In this document: positions 1-11,057 of the stretch, one piece after another
Position numbering within the stretch: the stretch's first letter is position 1
How the letters are laid out: every line of letters starts with the position of its first letter
NCBI GenBank assembly: GCA_944387445.1
Contig: CALXEX010000001.1
Location: 870 to 64,869 of the forward strand
From: an uncultured Clostridia bacterium
Lineage (GTDB): Bacteria; Bacillota; Clostridia; TANB77; CAG-508
DNA length: 64,000 nucleotides
Reading direction: 5' to 3'
Translations under genes and position numbers: made by a program
The notes under the pieces: generated by a model
The model's database searches: none
What the model saw: only the letters and a program-made list of their open reading frames with translations
What the model was told of the DNA's origin: nothing

Positions 1-46
1 TTTCCTTTAACGCTTCCTATTATCAGTATTTACAAAATAGAAATTC

Positions 47-841
47 TTATTCAGCAGTTGTCATACTACTTGGGTCTATACCATATTGTTGATATAACCA
101 TGACATATAATCAAATGGTGTTAATGTTTCTGGTAATCCATAATCAATTCCATTTGTTTCTACTCTAATTGATGTAATTACTGGTGGATTTACTGGCGTA
201 CTAACTTCTGTATTTCCTGTTGTATCTGCATCATCAGCTGCTTTTACTTCAACTTCTTCTATTTTGTGTACAATATCCATACCTTCTATCACTTTACCAA
301 AAGAAGTATATTGTCCATTTAATCCTGTATTTTCTGCAGTCATGATAAAGAATTGAGAACTTCCTGAATTGTATGATTCTTCTGCTAATGATGAAGAATA
401 ATTGGTGTAATCAGATCTTGCCATTGCGACAACACCTTCTTCAAATTGTAACTTATTCTCTACACCATTTGCTATAAATTCACCTTTGATTGTATATTCT
501 GTATCATCACCATCATCTCTTAAATCTTTTGTTGTTGCTAAACCTGTTCCATCACCATTTTTGTCTCCACCTTGAATCATAAAGTCTTTTACGATTCTGT
601 GGAATGTTAATCCATCATAAAATCCTCTATTTGCTAATGTTACAAAATTTGCTACTGTTTCAGGTGCATATTCTGGATACAATTCAAATTTAATGGTTCC
701 AAAATTCTCTACTTCCATAGTTGCAACAGGTCTTGTAACCTCCATAGTTGCATTTCTATAATATCCATAACTAATAACGCCTACTAAAACAATTAAAATA
801 ATTAAAGCAATTATCCATATAATATTTTTAAATTTTCCCAT
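47..841 (-). CDS. Membrane-anchored cyclophilin-type peptidyl-prolyl cis-trans isomerase
   Basis: 264-aa ORF. N-terminal hydrophobic anchor (IIWIIALIILIVLVGVI), then cyclophilin core motifs FHRIVKDFMIQGGD and SQFFIM, with a C-terminal extension. Confidence 0.85.
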   Translation of the reverse strand: MGKFKNIIWIIALIILIVLVGVISYGYYRNATMEVTRPVATMEVENFGTIKFELYPEYAPETVANFVTLANRGFYDGLTFHRIVKDFMIQGGDKNGDGTGLATTKDLRDDGDDTEYTIKGEFIANGVENKLQFEEGVVAMARSDYTNYSSSLAEESYNSGSSQFFIMTAENTGLNGQYTSFGKVIEGMDIVHKIEEVEVKAADDADTTGNTEVSTPVNPPVITSIRVETNGIDYGLPETLTPFDYMSWLYQQYGIDPSSMTTAE

Positions 842-867
842 TTACTTCACATTTCCTTTCTTTTATA

Positions 868-1941
868 CTAAATCATATTATCAAACACAAATTGTTCTTG
901 CATTCTTTTTAATGATTGCTTAATTGTTCTTGCTCTTACTTCTCCAATTCCATCAACTTCATCTAAGCTTTCAATGTCTGCTGCCAATATATGTTGAAAA
1001 GATTTAAAAGAATCTACTAGATTTTCTACAATATTGTTTGGCATTCTTGGAACTTTACTTAAAATACGATATCCTTTTGGATATACGGCAACTTCATCAT
1101 AATTGTCAAAATAATCATATCCTAACAATTTGGCAATTGATGATTCTTTTAGTAAATCTTCATATTCTAAATCTTTGAGTTCTTCTAGAATTTTTTCAGG
1201 TGATTTTTTCTTTTTAACAACATAATCTTTTATAATCAAAGCTTCTTCTTTTTCAAGTCCACCTATTAATTCATCTAGTTGCATTTTTACTAATCTGCCA
1301 TCATCTCCAAGCTCATAGATTTGTCTTTGTATTTCTTCAACAATTCGCATAACCATTTCTGCTCTTTGAATAGCAAGTACCACATTTTGTAATGTTACTA
1401 TATCATTAAATTCATATTCATTCAATATATTTAACTTATTGTCAAATACTTTTTTATATTTTTCTAATGTTTGGATTGCTTGATTTGCCTTATTTAGCAC
1501 AACATCTGTATCTTCTAATACATATCGATCATTTCCTTTAAAAACTGTTATGATATTTCTTCTTTGTGAAATACTAATAACCAATTCTCCTGTTTGTTTT
1601 GCTGTTCTTTCTGCTGTTCTGTGTCTTGTTCCTGTTTCTGTTGTTTGGATTTCATGTTCTGGAATTAATTGTGCATTGGCATATAGAATTTTTTTCATAT
1701 CTCCGCTTAAGACAATGGCTCCATCCATTTTGGCTAATTCATATAATTTTGATGATGTATAGTCTTCATTAATAATAAATCCACCATCCACAATTTCTTT
1801 TATCACTTCATTATTGTCTGTAATTAATAATAATGCCCCTGTCTTTGCCCTTAATATATTTTCCAGACCATCTCTTATCGGTGTTCCTGGAGCTATTAAT
1901 TTTAAAACAGATGTAATATTATCTTCTTTTACCTTTTTCAA
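868..1941 (-). CDS. disA: DNA integrity scanning protein DisA (diadenylate cyclase)
   Basis: 357-aa ORF. DAC core (DGAIVLS, RHRTAERTAKQTG) plus C-terminal HhH (DEVDGIGEVRARTI). Lies directly downstream of radA, as in other Firmicutes. Confidence 0.9.
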   Translation of the reverse strand: MKKVKEDNITSVLKLIAPGTPIRDGLENILRAKTGALLLITDNNEVIKEIVDGGFIINEDYTSSKLYELAKMDGAIVLSGDMKKILYANAQLIPEHEIQTTETGTRHRTAERTAKQTGELVISISQRRNIITVFKGNDRYVLEDTDVVLNKANQAIQTLEKYKKVFDNKLNILNEYEFNDIVTLQNVVLAIQRAEMVMRIVEEIQRQIYELGDDGRLVKMQLDELIGGLEKEEALIIKDYVVKKKKSPEKILEELKDLEYEDLLKESSIAKLLGYDYFDNYDEVAVYPKGYRILSKVPRMPNNIVENLVDSFKSFQHILAADIESLDEVDGIGEVRARTIKQSLKRMQEQFVFDNMI

Positions 1942-2024
1942 AATTAATCTCCTCTCTTCCTTAAATCGTTGTCTTGTTAATATTCAAATCTAGACTATTT
2001 TTATTATTTGAAACATTCCGCACG

Positions 2025-3389
2025 CTACTTTAATCCAATCTTTTTCATTGCTTCATTAATATTGCTGACACCTATTATATCTAATTTATATGTTTCTTTC
2101 AAGTCTTTTTTGTTAGATTCTGGAATAATACAACTCTTAAATCCCAACTTTTCTGCTTCTTTCAACCTTTTATCAATTAGATTAATTCTTCTCACTTCTC
2201 CTGTTAGCCCTACTTCTCCAATAATCACCATATCTTTTGGAATTGGTACATTTTTAAAACTAGAAACCACCGCCATCATCATACCTAAATCAATAGATGG
2301 TTCATTTACTCGAATACCTCCTACCAAATTCAAGTAAACATCTTGACTTCCTAACATGATACCTGCTCGTTTTTCTAGTACAGCAATCAATAGTGCTAGT
2401 CTGTTATAATCTGTTCCATTTGCCGTTCTTTTTGGAAATCCAAAAATACTTTGTGTAGTCAATGCCTGCATTTCTATCAAAATAGCTCTTGTTCCTTCTA
2501 TACTAGATACAATACAAGACCCTGCTGGATTATCTTCTCTTTCTGAAATTAATATATCAGATGGATTTGTAATTTCACACATTCCTTCTTCATTCATTTC
2601 AAACATACCAATTTCATTGGTTGATCCAAATCTATTTTTTACACCTCGTAATACTCTATATGAAAAATATCTTTCTCCTTCTAGATATAGCACCGTATCT
2701 ACCATATGTTCTAAAACTCTAGGACCTGCAATATTTCCTTCTTTAGTTACATGGCCTATAATAATTGTTGTAATGGCTCTTGATTTACAAACTCTCATCA
2801 CTTGTGAAGTAATCTCTCTTACTTGGCTAACACTTCCAGCAGCAGCTGATATTTCTTCTGAATACATCGTTTGAATGGAATCAATAATCACAAGTTTAGG
2901 ATGAATTTCTATAATAGCTTGATTGACAACATCTATATCTGTTTCACCTAAAAATAAAATATCATCATTATTAATACCTAGTCTATCGGCTCTCATCTTA
3001 ATTTGTTCAGCAGACTCCTCTCCTGAAACATACAAAACTTTTCCTTCACCTTTTACTTTATCACATATCTGTAAAATTAGAGTAGACTTTCCAATTCCAG
3101 GCTCTCCTCCAAGTAACACTAAAGAACCTTTAACAAGTCCGCCACCTAATACCCTATCTAGTTCTCCAAAACCTGTTGAAGTTCTTATTGTTTCCTTTGC
3201 TTCATAAGAATTTAATTTTTGTGGCTTATTTTCACTTTTTGCTAAATCTTTGTGTGCACCTGATTTAGTTTCAACCACTTTTTGCTCGTAAAACGTATTC
3301 CAACTATTACAAGCCGGACATTTTCCAAGCCATTTACTAGATTCATTACCACACTCACTACATACAAAAATTGTTTTACTTTTTGCCAT
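2025..3389 (-). CDS. radA: DNA repair protein RadA/Sms
   Basis: 454-aa ORF. Zn-ribbon CSECG...CPAC, Walker A GGEPGIGKST, KNRFG motif and Lon-like C-terminal domain. Confidence 0.93.
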   Translation of the reverse strand: MAKSKTIFVCSECGNESSKWLGKCPACNSWNTFYEQKVVETKSGAHKDLAKSENKPQKLNSYEAKETIRTSTGFGELDRVLGGGLVKGSLVLLGGEPGIGKSTLILQICDKVKGEGKVLYVSGEESAEQIKMRADRLGINNDDILFLGETDIDVVNQAIIEIHPKLVIIDSIQTMYSEEISAAAGSVSQVREITSQVMRVCKSRAITTIIIGHVTKEGNIAGPRVLEHMVDTVLYLEGERYFSYRVLRGVKNRFGSTNEIGMFEMNEEGMCEITNPSDILISEREDNPAGSCIVSSIEGTRAILIEMQALTTQSIFGFPKRTANGTDYNRLALLIAVLEKRAGIMLGSQDVYLNLVGGIRVNEPSIDLGMMMAVVSSFKNVPIPKDMVIIGEVGLTGEVRRINLIDKRLKEAEKLGFKSCIIPESNKKDLKETYKLDIIGVSNINEAMKKIGLK

Positions 3390-3497
3390 TTTTATTTTCT
3401 CTCCTTTTGCCTCTAAAACAAAAAAAGTATAGCATATATTTTAAAATTTTGCTATACTTTTATAGACAATTTTACGCTTGTCATGTTGTTTTGTATC

Positions 3498-4262
3498 TTA
3501 ATTTTTATAAACATCATATTCAAAAGCTGTTACACCTTTATCGTCATAAATTGTTAATTTAAAATATTTTGAATATCCATCTTGATACGTATATGTCCAA
3601 TATCCTAATTCATCAGAACGATATTTATTATCTTCTTCTGGCTCTCCATATGCTGCTACAACTTCTTCTAGAGAGCTTCCATTATGAATACCACCTGGTA
3701 AATTAAATGTTACTGGTTTTTTTGCATAAGTATTATCTACTTCAATAGACCAAATTTGACATTGCATTATATCTTTTGGAGTTGATGATATATTTGTAAA
3801 TCCTACAGAAACATCTGCATCATAATTTGGATTTTCAAGATCAATTGTTCCCGTAACTTTATCATTTTGATTAAGTATATAACCGTCAGAATATCCATAA
3901 TCTGCTAGATCAAATGTCCATCCGGCATTTTGTAAATTAGAATAATCAAAATACATCTTATAATTTGTACCATCTAAAGCAAATTCTGTATTTTTCCAAT
4001 CTGTTGAAAGTGTTGCAGGTGCAGAATTAGATGTATCTGTATCAGTTGTATTTGATACATTTTGATTTGTATCTGCAGTTGTATTGTTCTCTTCTTCTTC
4101 AGGTGTTTCTACTTCATTTACAACTGAATCAGAAACATTCGTATCCTTAGATGAATTTAAGAAGAAAACTGCAACTACTGCAATAATGATTAATAAGATT
4201 ACTACTGCTATAATGATTGCTATAGTAGAACCTTTAAATGATGATTTTTTATTATCATCCAT
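3498..4262 (-). CDS. Hypothetical membrane-anchored extracytoplasmic protein
   Basis: 254-aa ORF. Single N-terminal TM (IAIIIAVVILLIIIAVVAVFF), an acidic Thr/Asn-rich linker, then a globular domain. I recognise no family. Confidence 0.5.
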   Translation of the reverse strand: MDDNKKSSFKGSTIAIIIAVVILLIIIAVVAVFFLNSSKDTNVSDSVVNEVETPEEEENNTTADTNQNVSNTTDTDTSNSAPATLSTDWKNTEFALDGTNYKMYFDYSNLQNAGWTFDLADYGYSDGYILNQNDKVTGTIDLENPNYDADVSVGFTNISSTPKDIMQCQIWSIEVDNTYAKKPVTFNLPGGIHNGSSLEEVVAAYGEPEEDNKYRSDELGYWTYTYQDGYSKYFKLTIYDDKGVTAFEYDVYKN

Positions 4263-4390
4263 TATTCATTCCTCCTTTAAGTAATTTTTATATTTGCATT
4301 ATATATTAAGATAAAAGTAAAGTCAATTAAAATATTAATGATTTCGTAATACAAATTAGACTTTTTTTAATATTCCTGTTTATTAGTATT

Positions 4391-4813
4391 TTATAGTTCT
4401 GCTTTCTTTTTTCCAAATGCCCTTTTCTTGAACAAGAAGTCATGTATTTTTTTCCAGGTAACTTCTTGGTGTAAGAATTCATTTATTTCATTTTCTATTT
4501 TTTGTTGATGTGGTGTTAATTCTATTTTTATTTCTTTATTCCAGTTAATGTTTTCGAACCAGAAAACTTTAATTCTTTCCCAGAACCCTTGTTTTATTGG
4601 TAAGTTTTGTCCATTTGATGATTGCTCTTGTTCTTTTTGTACTTGTATTTTTGCTTCTTGTACTTTTTCTTCTACTTGCACTTCTTGAAGTTGCGTTTTT
4701 TCTTCTACTTGTCCATTTTTTACTTGTTCTACTTGTATTGGATTTTTTGATTCATTTTCTATATGCAATTCTATTTCATCACTTAAATTAATTTCATCTC
4801 TTATATCTGCCAT
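4391..4813 (-). CDS. Hypothetical Gln/Glu-rich protein
   Basis: 140-aa ORF with a low-complexity QVEEK repeat region and a Trp-rich C-terminus. RBS AAAGGAGAAG lies upstream of the ATG. Confidence 0.45.
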   Translation of the reverse strand: MADIRDEINLSDEIELHIENESKNPIQVEQVKNGQVEEKTQLQEVQVEEKVQEAKIQVQKEQEQSSNGQNLPIKQGFWERIKVFWFENINWNKEIKIELTPHQQKIENEINEFLHQEVTWKKIHDFLFKKRAFGKKKAEL

Positions 4814-4911
4814 TGAAACTTCTCCTTTGTAATTTATTATTCATTATATTAGTTGTACTACAACTTCCTCTATTTATCAATGTTTTTCGTTACTTTTTTT
4901 GTTAAATATCT

Positions 4912-4940
4912 ATTACATAATCATTACATTTTCGTTACAT
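4912..4940 (-). promoter_or_regulatory. Three phased TGTAAY half-sites (WalR/OmpR-family-like direct repeats)
   Basis: Minus-sense sequence reads TGTAAC-gaaaa-TGTAAT-gatta-TGTAAT with an exact 11-nt period. It lies about 100-127 nt upstream of the ATG at 4813. Confidence 0.35.
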
Positions 4941-4954
4941 TTTCCTGTTTCATT

Positions 4955-6265
4955 TTAAAATATTTTTTCCATTTTATCATAATTGACAATGATATATTCT
5001 TGTTCCGCTTTTTCACATTTTAATTTTATGATTTTATTTTCCATATTTTCCTCTGTTTTGTAATGTGCTAATATATAATTTTTCGTATGTCCTTGCCACA
5101 TTCCATTTTTTTCTTCTTCAAATAGAACTTCTACTTCTTTTCCTATATATTGTTCATTATATGCTTTTTCGTTTTTATTGGATAATTCTATTAATCTTCT
5201 ACTTCTTTCTTCTTTTTGATTGCCATCTATTTGATTTGGCATTATTGAAGCTTTCGTTCCTTTTCTTGGTGAATATTTGAATACATGCATTTTATAGAAT
5301 TTGATTTCGCTTAAAAAGGCATATGTTCTTTCAAATTCTTCTTCACTTTCTCCTGGAAATCCTACTATAATATCTGTTGTTAGGATTGCATCCTCAAATG
5401 TTTTTCTTAATAGCTTTGTTATTTTTCTAAATTGTTCTGTAGTATATCTTCTATTCATTCTTTTTAATGTTTCGTTACAACCACTTTGTAATGATAAATG
5501 AAATTGATGACATATTTTAGATAACTTTTCTAATCTACTAACAAATTCTTCTGTTATTAATAACGGTTCTATCGATCCTAGCCTGATTCTTTCAATTCCT
5601 TCTATTTCATTCATTTCTTCTAATAAATCAATTAATCGATATTCCTGTTTAAAGTCCTTTCCATATGAGGCAATATGAATCCCAGTAATAACCACTTCTT
5701 TTATGCCTTCTTTTGCAATTTTTTGAATTTCAGATAAAATATGTTCTGGCTTTCTACTTCTTACTCTTCCTCGTGCATATGGAATAATGCAATAAGAGCA
5801 AAAACGGTCACATCCATCTTGAATTTTGATAACAGCTCTTGTCTTTTCTGTAAATGTAATATCTCCAAATTCTACAAATTCCTTTTGATTCATAACATCT
5901 TCTATTTCATTTAAAGTTTGATGATGTATGTATGTTTCAACATATTCTACAATATTCTTTTTCTCATTATTTCCTAACACTAAGTTAATTTCTTCTATCT
6001 TTTTCAATTCTTCTTTTGCGACTTGTGCATAACATCCACAAGCAACAACAATTGCTTCTTTATTTAATTCTTTTACTCTTCTTAACATTTGTCTAGATTT
6101 TCTATCTGACATATTGGTTACTGTACAAGTATTGACAATATAGATATCCGCTTTTTTTGTATGATCTACGACTTCATATCCTTTTTCTATAAATTGCTGT
6201 GTCATGGCATTTGTTTCATATTGATTGACTTTACATCCCAATGTAATAAATGCTACTGTTTTCAT
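4955..6265 (-). CDS. mtaB: tRNA methylthiotransferase, MtaB-like radical SAM enzyme
   Basis: 436-aa ORF. N-terminal MTTase domain (TLGCKVNQYE), radical-SAM CxxxCxxC (CDRFCSYC) and a C-terminal TRAM-like region. Confidence 0.8.
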   Translation of the reverse strand: MKTVAFITLGCKVNQYETNAMTQQFIEKGYEVVDHTKKADIYIVNTCTVTNMSDRKSRQMLRRVKELNKEAIVVACGCYAQVAKEELKKIEEINLVLGNNEKKNIVEYVETYIHHQTLNEIEDVMNQKEFVEFGDITFTEKTRAVIKIQDGCDRFCSYCIIPYARGRVRSRKPEHILSEIQKIAKEGIKEVVITGIHIASYGKDFKQEYRLIDLLEEMNEIEGIERIRLGSIEPLLITEEFVSRLEKLSKICHQFHLSLQSGCNETLKRMNRRYTTEQFRKITKLLRKTFEDAILTTDIIVGFPGESEEEFERTYAFLSEIKFYKMHVFKYSPRKGTKASIMPNQIDGNQKEERSRRLIELSNKNEKAYNEQYIGKEVEVLFEEEKNGMWQGHTKNYILAHYKTEENMENKIIKLKCEKAEQEYIIVNYDKMEKIF

Positions 6266-6384
6266 TTTTCTCTCCTTTTTTTACAATACTCTATCTATTA
6301 TGACATATTTTTCTAGTATTTTCAAGACATTCCTCGTGGTATCTCTTTGATAAATACCTTTTCTGTTACCGTTCATTTCTGCAA

Positions 6385-6433
6385 TAAAAAAGAAAACAAT
6401 TGTTATTTCACTTTATAATTGTTTTCTTTTTTT
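6385..6433 (-). terminator. Rho-independent terminator downstream of mreB (bidirectional shape)
   Basis: 11-bp stem AGAAAACAATT / AATTGTTTTCT flanked by an A-run and a T-run. Confidence 0.6.
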
Positions 6434-6506
6434 ATAATAATCATCTTTTTAATTGTTTTCTCTTTTTATAATCCGCATCTTTTCAATTTGTATATATTGT
6501 TTAAAA

Positions 6507-7607
<1,101 letters not shown>

Positions 7608-7658
7608 ATATAATTATTTTTTCAACTATTTTTTGTAAAAAAGATTTCTTTATTGCCG

Positions 7659-7691
7659 ATGTCGCATTGACAAACAAACCTAATGCGACAT
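7659..7691. repeat. Hairpin-A intergenic repeat (ATGTCGCAT..loop..ATGCGACAT), flipped copy
   Basis: ATGTCGCATTgacaaacaaacctAATGCGACAT has a 10-bp perfect stem. It abuts the stop codon of the SLT gene. Confidence 0.85.
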
Positions 7692-8260
7692 TATCCATAT
7701 AAATCATTATATATACGATAATCTCTTAATATTTTTCTCACATAATTATTGGTTTCTTTATAGGGCACATTTTCAATATCAGATCCATCTGCTTTTATAA
7801 TTTGTTTGTCTATCCAATTATTTACGGTTCCGATTCCTGCGTTATACGCTGCTAATGCAACTTCTATATTTCCATATTGTGTTAATAATGTTGATAAATA
7901 TTTGGTTCCAATATTGATATTATTGTCAATATCTAATAATTCTTCTACAATATTTTCTGTATCTACATCTATCTGATTCTTATTGACTACATCAATAGCT
8001 GTTTCTTCTACAATTTGCATTAATCCAATGGCTTCTCTATTAGAAACTGCTTGACTATCAAAATTACTTTCTGCTTTTATAACTGCATATATTAAATTTT
8101 CTTCTACATCATATTCTTCTGCATAGACTGATATAATTTCACTATATGTTTTAGGGTATAGTATTTTTAATAATTTATCTTTAAATAGAACAAATAGTAT
8201 AGTTATGATAAAAAGGACAATAACCGTACTTATTATGATTTTGTATTTGTTTTTTAACAA
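7691..8260 (-). CDS. Membrane-anchored lytic transglycosylase (SLT domain)
   Basis: SLT motifs AVIKAESNFDSQAVSNREAIGLMQI and AAYNAG, with an N-terminal TM. The likely start is the TTG at 8260, preceded by AAAGGAGAG. The ORF track extends to 8341 and would overlap polA. Confidence 0.8.
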   Translation of the reverse strand: MLKNKYKIIISTVIVLFIITILFVLFKDKLLKILYPKTYSEIISVYAEEYDVEENLIYAVIKAESNFDSQAVSNREAIGLMQIVEETAIDVVNKNQIDVDTENIVEELLDIDNNINIGTKYLSTLLTQYGNIEVALAAYNAGIGTVNNWIDKQIIKADGSDIENVPYKETNNYVRKILRDYRIYNDLYG

Positions 8261-8294
8261 AGTTTTCTCTCCTTTAACATTTAAGTTTCCCCTT

Positions 8295-11006
8295 TTATTT
8301 ACAATCATACCAATTTTTTGCTTCTGATATTTCTGCAACAAGTGGTATTTTTAATTGTATAGCAGATTCCATTTCTTTTTTCATAATGTCTTTTACTTCT
8401 TCTTTTTCACTTTCTGGTGCTTCTATCATCATTTCATCATGTACTTGTAAAATGATCTTGGCTTTTAATCCTCTTTTTTTCAATTCCTGATTAACATTAA
8501 TCATTGCTATTTTCATAATGTCAGCTGCTGTTCCTTGAATTGGTGTATTCATTGCTACTCTATTTCCAAATTGTCTAACCATATAGTTTTTTGAATTTAA
8601 TTCTGGAACATATCTTCTTCTATGAAATAGGGTTTCCACATACCCTTTTTCTTTTGCCTTTTCAATAATATTCTCCATAAATTCTTTTATTCCTGCATAC
8701 TCTGTTAAATATTCGTCTATATATTGTTTTGCTTTTTTTCTAGAAATTCCTAGTTGTTCTGCAAGTCCAAAATCACTAATTCCATACACGATTCCAAAAT
8801 TTACAGCTTTGGCATTGCTTCTTTGTTCTTTTGTAACTTGATCTATTGGTGTTTTAAATACTTTTGATGCTGCTTGTTTATGAATATCTTCATTATGTTT
8901 GAAAGCTTCTATCATATGTTTATCTTCTGAAATATGTGCCAATACTCTTAATTCTATTTGAGAATAGTCTGCATCAATATATACTTTTCCTTCTTCTGGT
9001 TTAAATACTTTTCTTACTCGTTTTCCTAATTCAAATCTTGTCGGAATATTTTGTAAATTTGGTTCTGTTGAACTGATTCTTCCCGTTGCTGTGATAGTTT
9101 GATGGAAAAATGAATGAATTCTTTTGGTTTTTGGATTGATAAATGGCTTTAATCCTTCTACATAGGTAGAGTTTAGTTTCATTAATTGTCTATATTCTAA
9201 TATTTTCCCAATAATCGGGTCTTCTCTTTTTAGTTTTTCTAAAACATCCACATCTGTAGAATAGCCATTTTTTGTCTTCTTAATGACTGGCAATTTCATT
9301 TTTTCAAAAAGAATTTCTCCTAATTGTTTTGTTGAATTAATATTAAATTCTTCTCCTGCCATTTCATGAATCACTTTTGTTAATACCTCAATTTGTGAAG
9401 TCAATTCTTCTCCAAATGCACTTAATTCTTGTTCATCTACATACATTCCATTCCATTGCATACTAGATAGAACTTCTACGGTTGGCATATCAATATTTGT
9501 ATACAATTCCAAACTATTAGTTTCTTTCAATTTTTCTAGAATCATTGTATTTATTTTTTCAATAATATACGCATACAAAGTATATTTTTCAGAAACTTTT
9601 TTATGATCCTCTAGCGAGTTTTCTTCAAATAGAGTCATTTGCTTTTGGTTATTTTCATCTTCTCCTATATATTCGTCTACATCCAATTCCAAATATTGCA
9701 TTGCTAGATTTTTTATGTCTAGTTTATTATTTGTAGGATTTAAAATATAGGCTCCAATAGATATATCATTTTCAATTCCATCTAAAGTAATTTTCTCTTG
9801 TTTTAACAATATATATACTTTAGTTAAATTGATACTTGTCTTTTTTATATCTGGATCTTCAAATATGTCTTTTAGTTTTCCTATCTTTTCTTGGTCTAGT
9901 TGTATATAATATGCTTCTTGCATTTTTGGATTATATATGCTCATTCCTGCAATTTTTTCTTTGATAATCTTTTCAGGTAATTCATCTGCTTCTGTTTGTA
10001 AATAAAAAACCATACTTTTTTGTGCTTTTATGATATCTATAACCTCTTCTATTGATTTTTCAACTGTTTTAAATTCTACTTTATAGGTTTCTTCTTGACT
10101 ATCCTTTTCTCCTGTTAAATGGAATCTTTCAATATATCGATTAAAATTCAATTCTTTGAATAGTTTTAATACTTTTTCCTTATCCCATTCTTCTACTTTA
10201 AATTGTTCTAATGTATCTTCAATTGGCACTTCTAAATTGATGGTTCCTAATGTTTTGGATAATTCTGCTAACTCTTTGTTATCTTTAATTTTTTCTCTTT
10301 GTTTTCCTTTTAGATCATCTTCATTTTTTTCTATTTTGTCATATAAATTGTCAATAGAACCATATTTCTGAATTAAGGATAATGCTGTTTTTTCTCCAAT
10401 GCCTGGAACACCTGGTATATTGTCTGAACTATCTCCTTGTAATCCTTTTACTTCTATTAATTGCTTTGGTTCTATTCCATAAGTTTCCAATATTTTACTT
10501 CTATCAAATAAATCGGTTTCTGTTTTTCCACCTTTTGTCCTAGGAATTCGAATCGTTACATTGTCAGTAGCTAATTGAAAGGTATCTCTATCTCCTGATA
10601 ATATGGTTACATGAAGTCCTTGTTTTTCGCCATATCTAGAAAGTGTACCCAAAACATCATCTGCTTCATATCCTTCTTTTTCTACAATGTCAATATTCAT
10701 CGCTTTTAAAATTTCTTTAATGATTGGCATTTGTTCTGCCAGCTCATCTGGCATTCCTTTTCGATTGGCTTTATAACCTTCATATAATTTGTGTCTCGCT
10801 GTTGGTGCTTTTAGGTCAAATGCCACTGCCATATATTGAGGATTTGTATCTTCTATTAATTTAAATAAGATTGCTAAAAAACCATATACCGCATTTGTAT
10901 ATTTTCCATCTTTTGTTGTTAGCATTTTACTTCCCATAATTCCATAAAATGCTCGATTCATAATACTATTTCCATCTATTAGAACAAAATTATCCATTTT
11001 TTTCAC
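8295..11006 (-). CDS. polA: DNA polymerase I
   Basis: 903-aa ORF. 5'-nuclease domain (GYKANR, GDSSDNIPGVPGIGEKTA) and polymerase motifs (DYSQIELRVLAH, RSNAKAVNFGIVYG, QVHDE). Confidence 0.95.
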   Translation of the reverse strand: MKKMDNFVLIDGNSIMNRAFYGIMGSKMLTTKDGKYTNAVYGFLAILFKLIEDTNPQYMAVAFDLKAPTARHKLYEGYKANRKGMPDELAEQMPIIKEILKAMNIDIVEKEGYEADDVLGTLSRYGEKQGLHVTILSGDRDTFQLATDNVTIRIPRTKGGKTETDLFDRSKILETYGIEPKQLIEVKGLQGDSSDNIPGVPGIGEKTALSLIQKYGSIDNLYDKIEKNEDDLKGKQREKIKDNKELAELSKTLGTINLEVPIEDTLEQFKVEEWDKEKVLKLFKELNFNRYIERFHLTGEKDSQEETYKVEFKTVEKSIEEVIDIIKAQKSMVFYLQTEADELPEKIIKEKIAGMSIYNPKMQEAYYIQLDQEKIGKLKDIFEDPDIKKTSINLTKVYILLKQEKITLDGIENDISIGAYILNPTNNKLDIKNLAMQYLELDVDEYIGEDENNQKQMTLFEENSLEDHKKVSEKYTLYAYIIEKINTMILEKLKETNSLELYTNIDMPTVEVLSSMQWNGMYVDEQELSAFGEELTSQIEVLTKVIHEMAGEEFNINSTKQLGEILFEKMKLPVIKKTKNGYSTDVDVLEKLKREDPIIGKILEYRQLMKLNSTYVEGLKPFINPKTKRIHSFFHQTITATGRISSTEPNLQNIPTRFELGKRVRKVFKPEEGKVYIDADYSQIELRVLAHISEDKHMIEAFKHNEDIHKQAASKVFKTPIDQVTKEQRSNAKAVNFGIVYGISDFGLAEQLGISRKKAKQYIDEYLTEYAGIKEFMENIIEKAKEKGYVETLFHRRRYVPELNSKNYMVRQFGNRVAMNTPIQGTAADIMKIAMINVNQELKKRGLKAKIILQVHDEMMIEAPESEKEEVKDIMKKEMESAIQLKIPLVAEISEAKNWYDCK

Positions 11007-11057
11007 ATTCCTTTCTTAATGCTAAAACTTGTTCAAATTTTGAATGATCCATATAAT

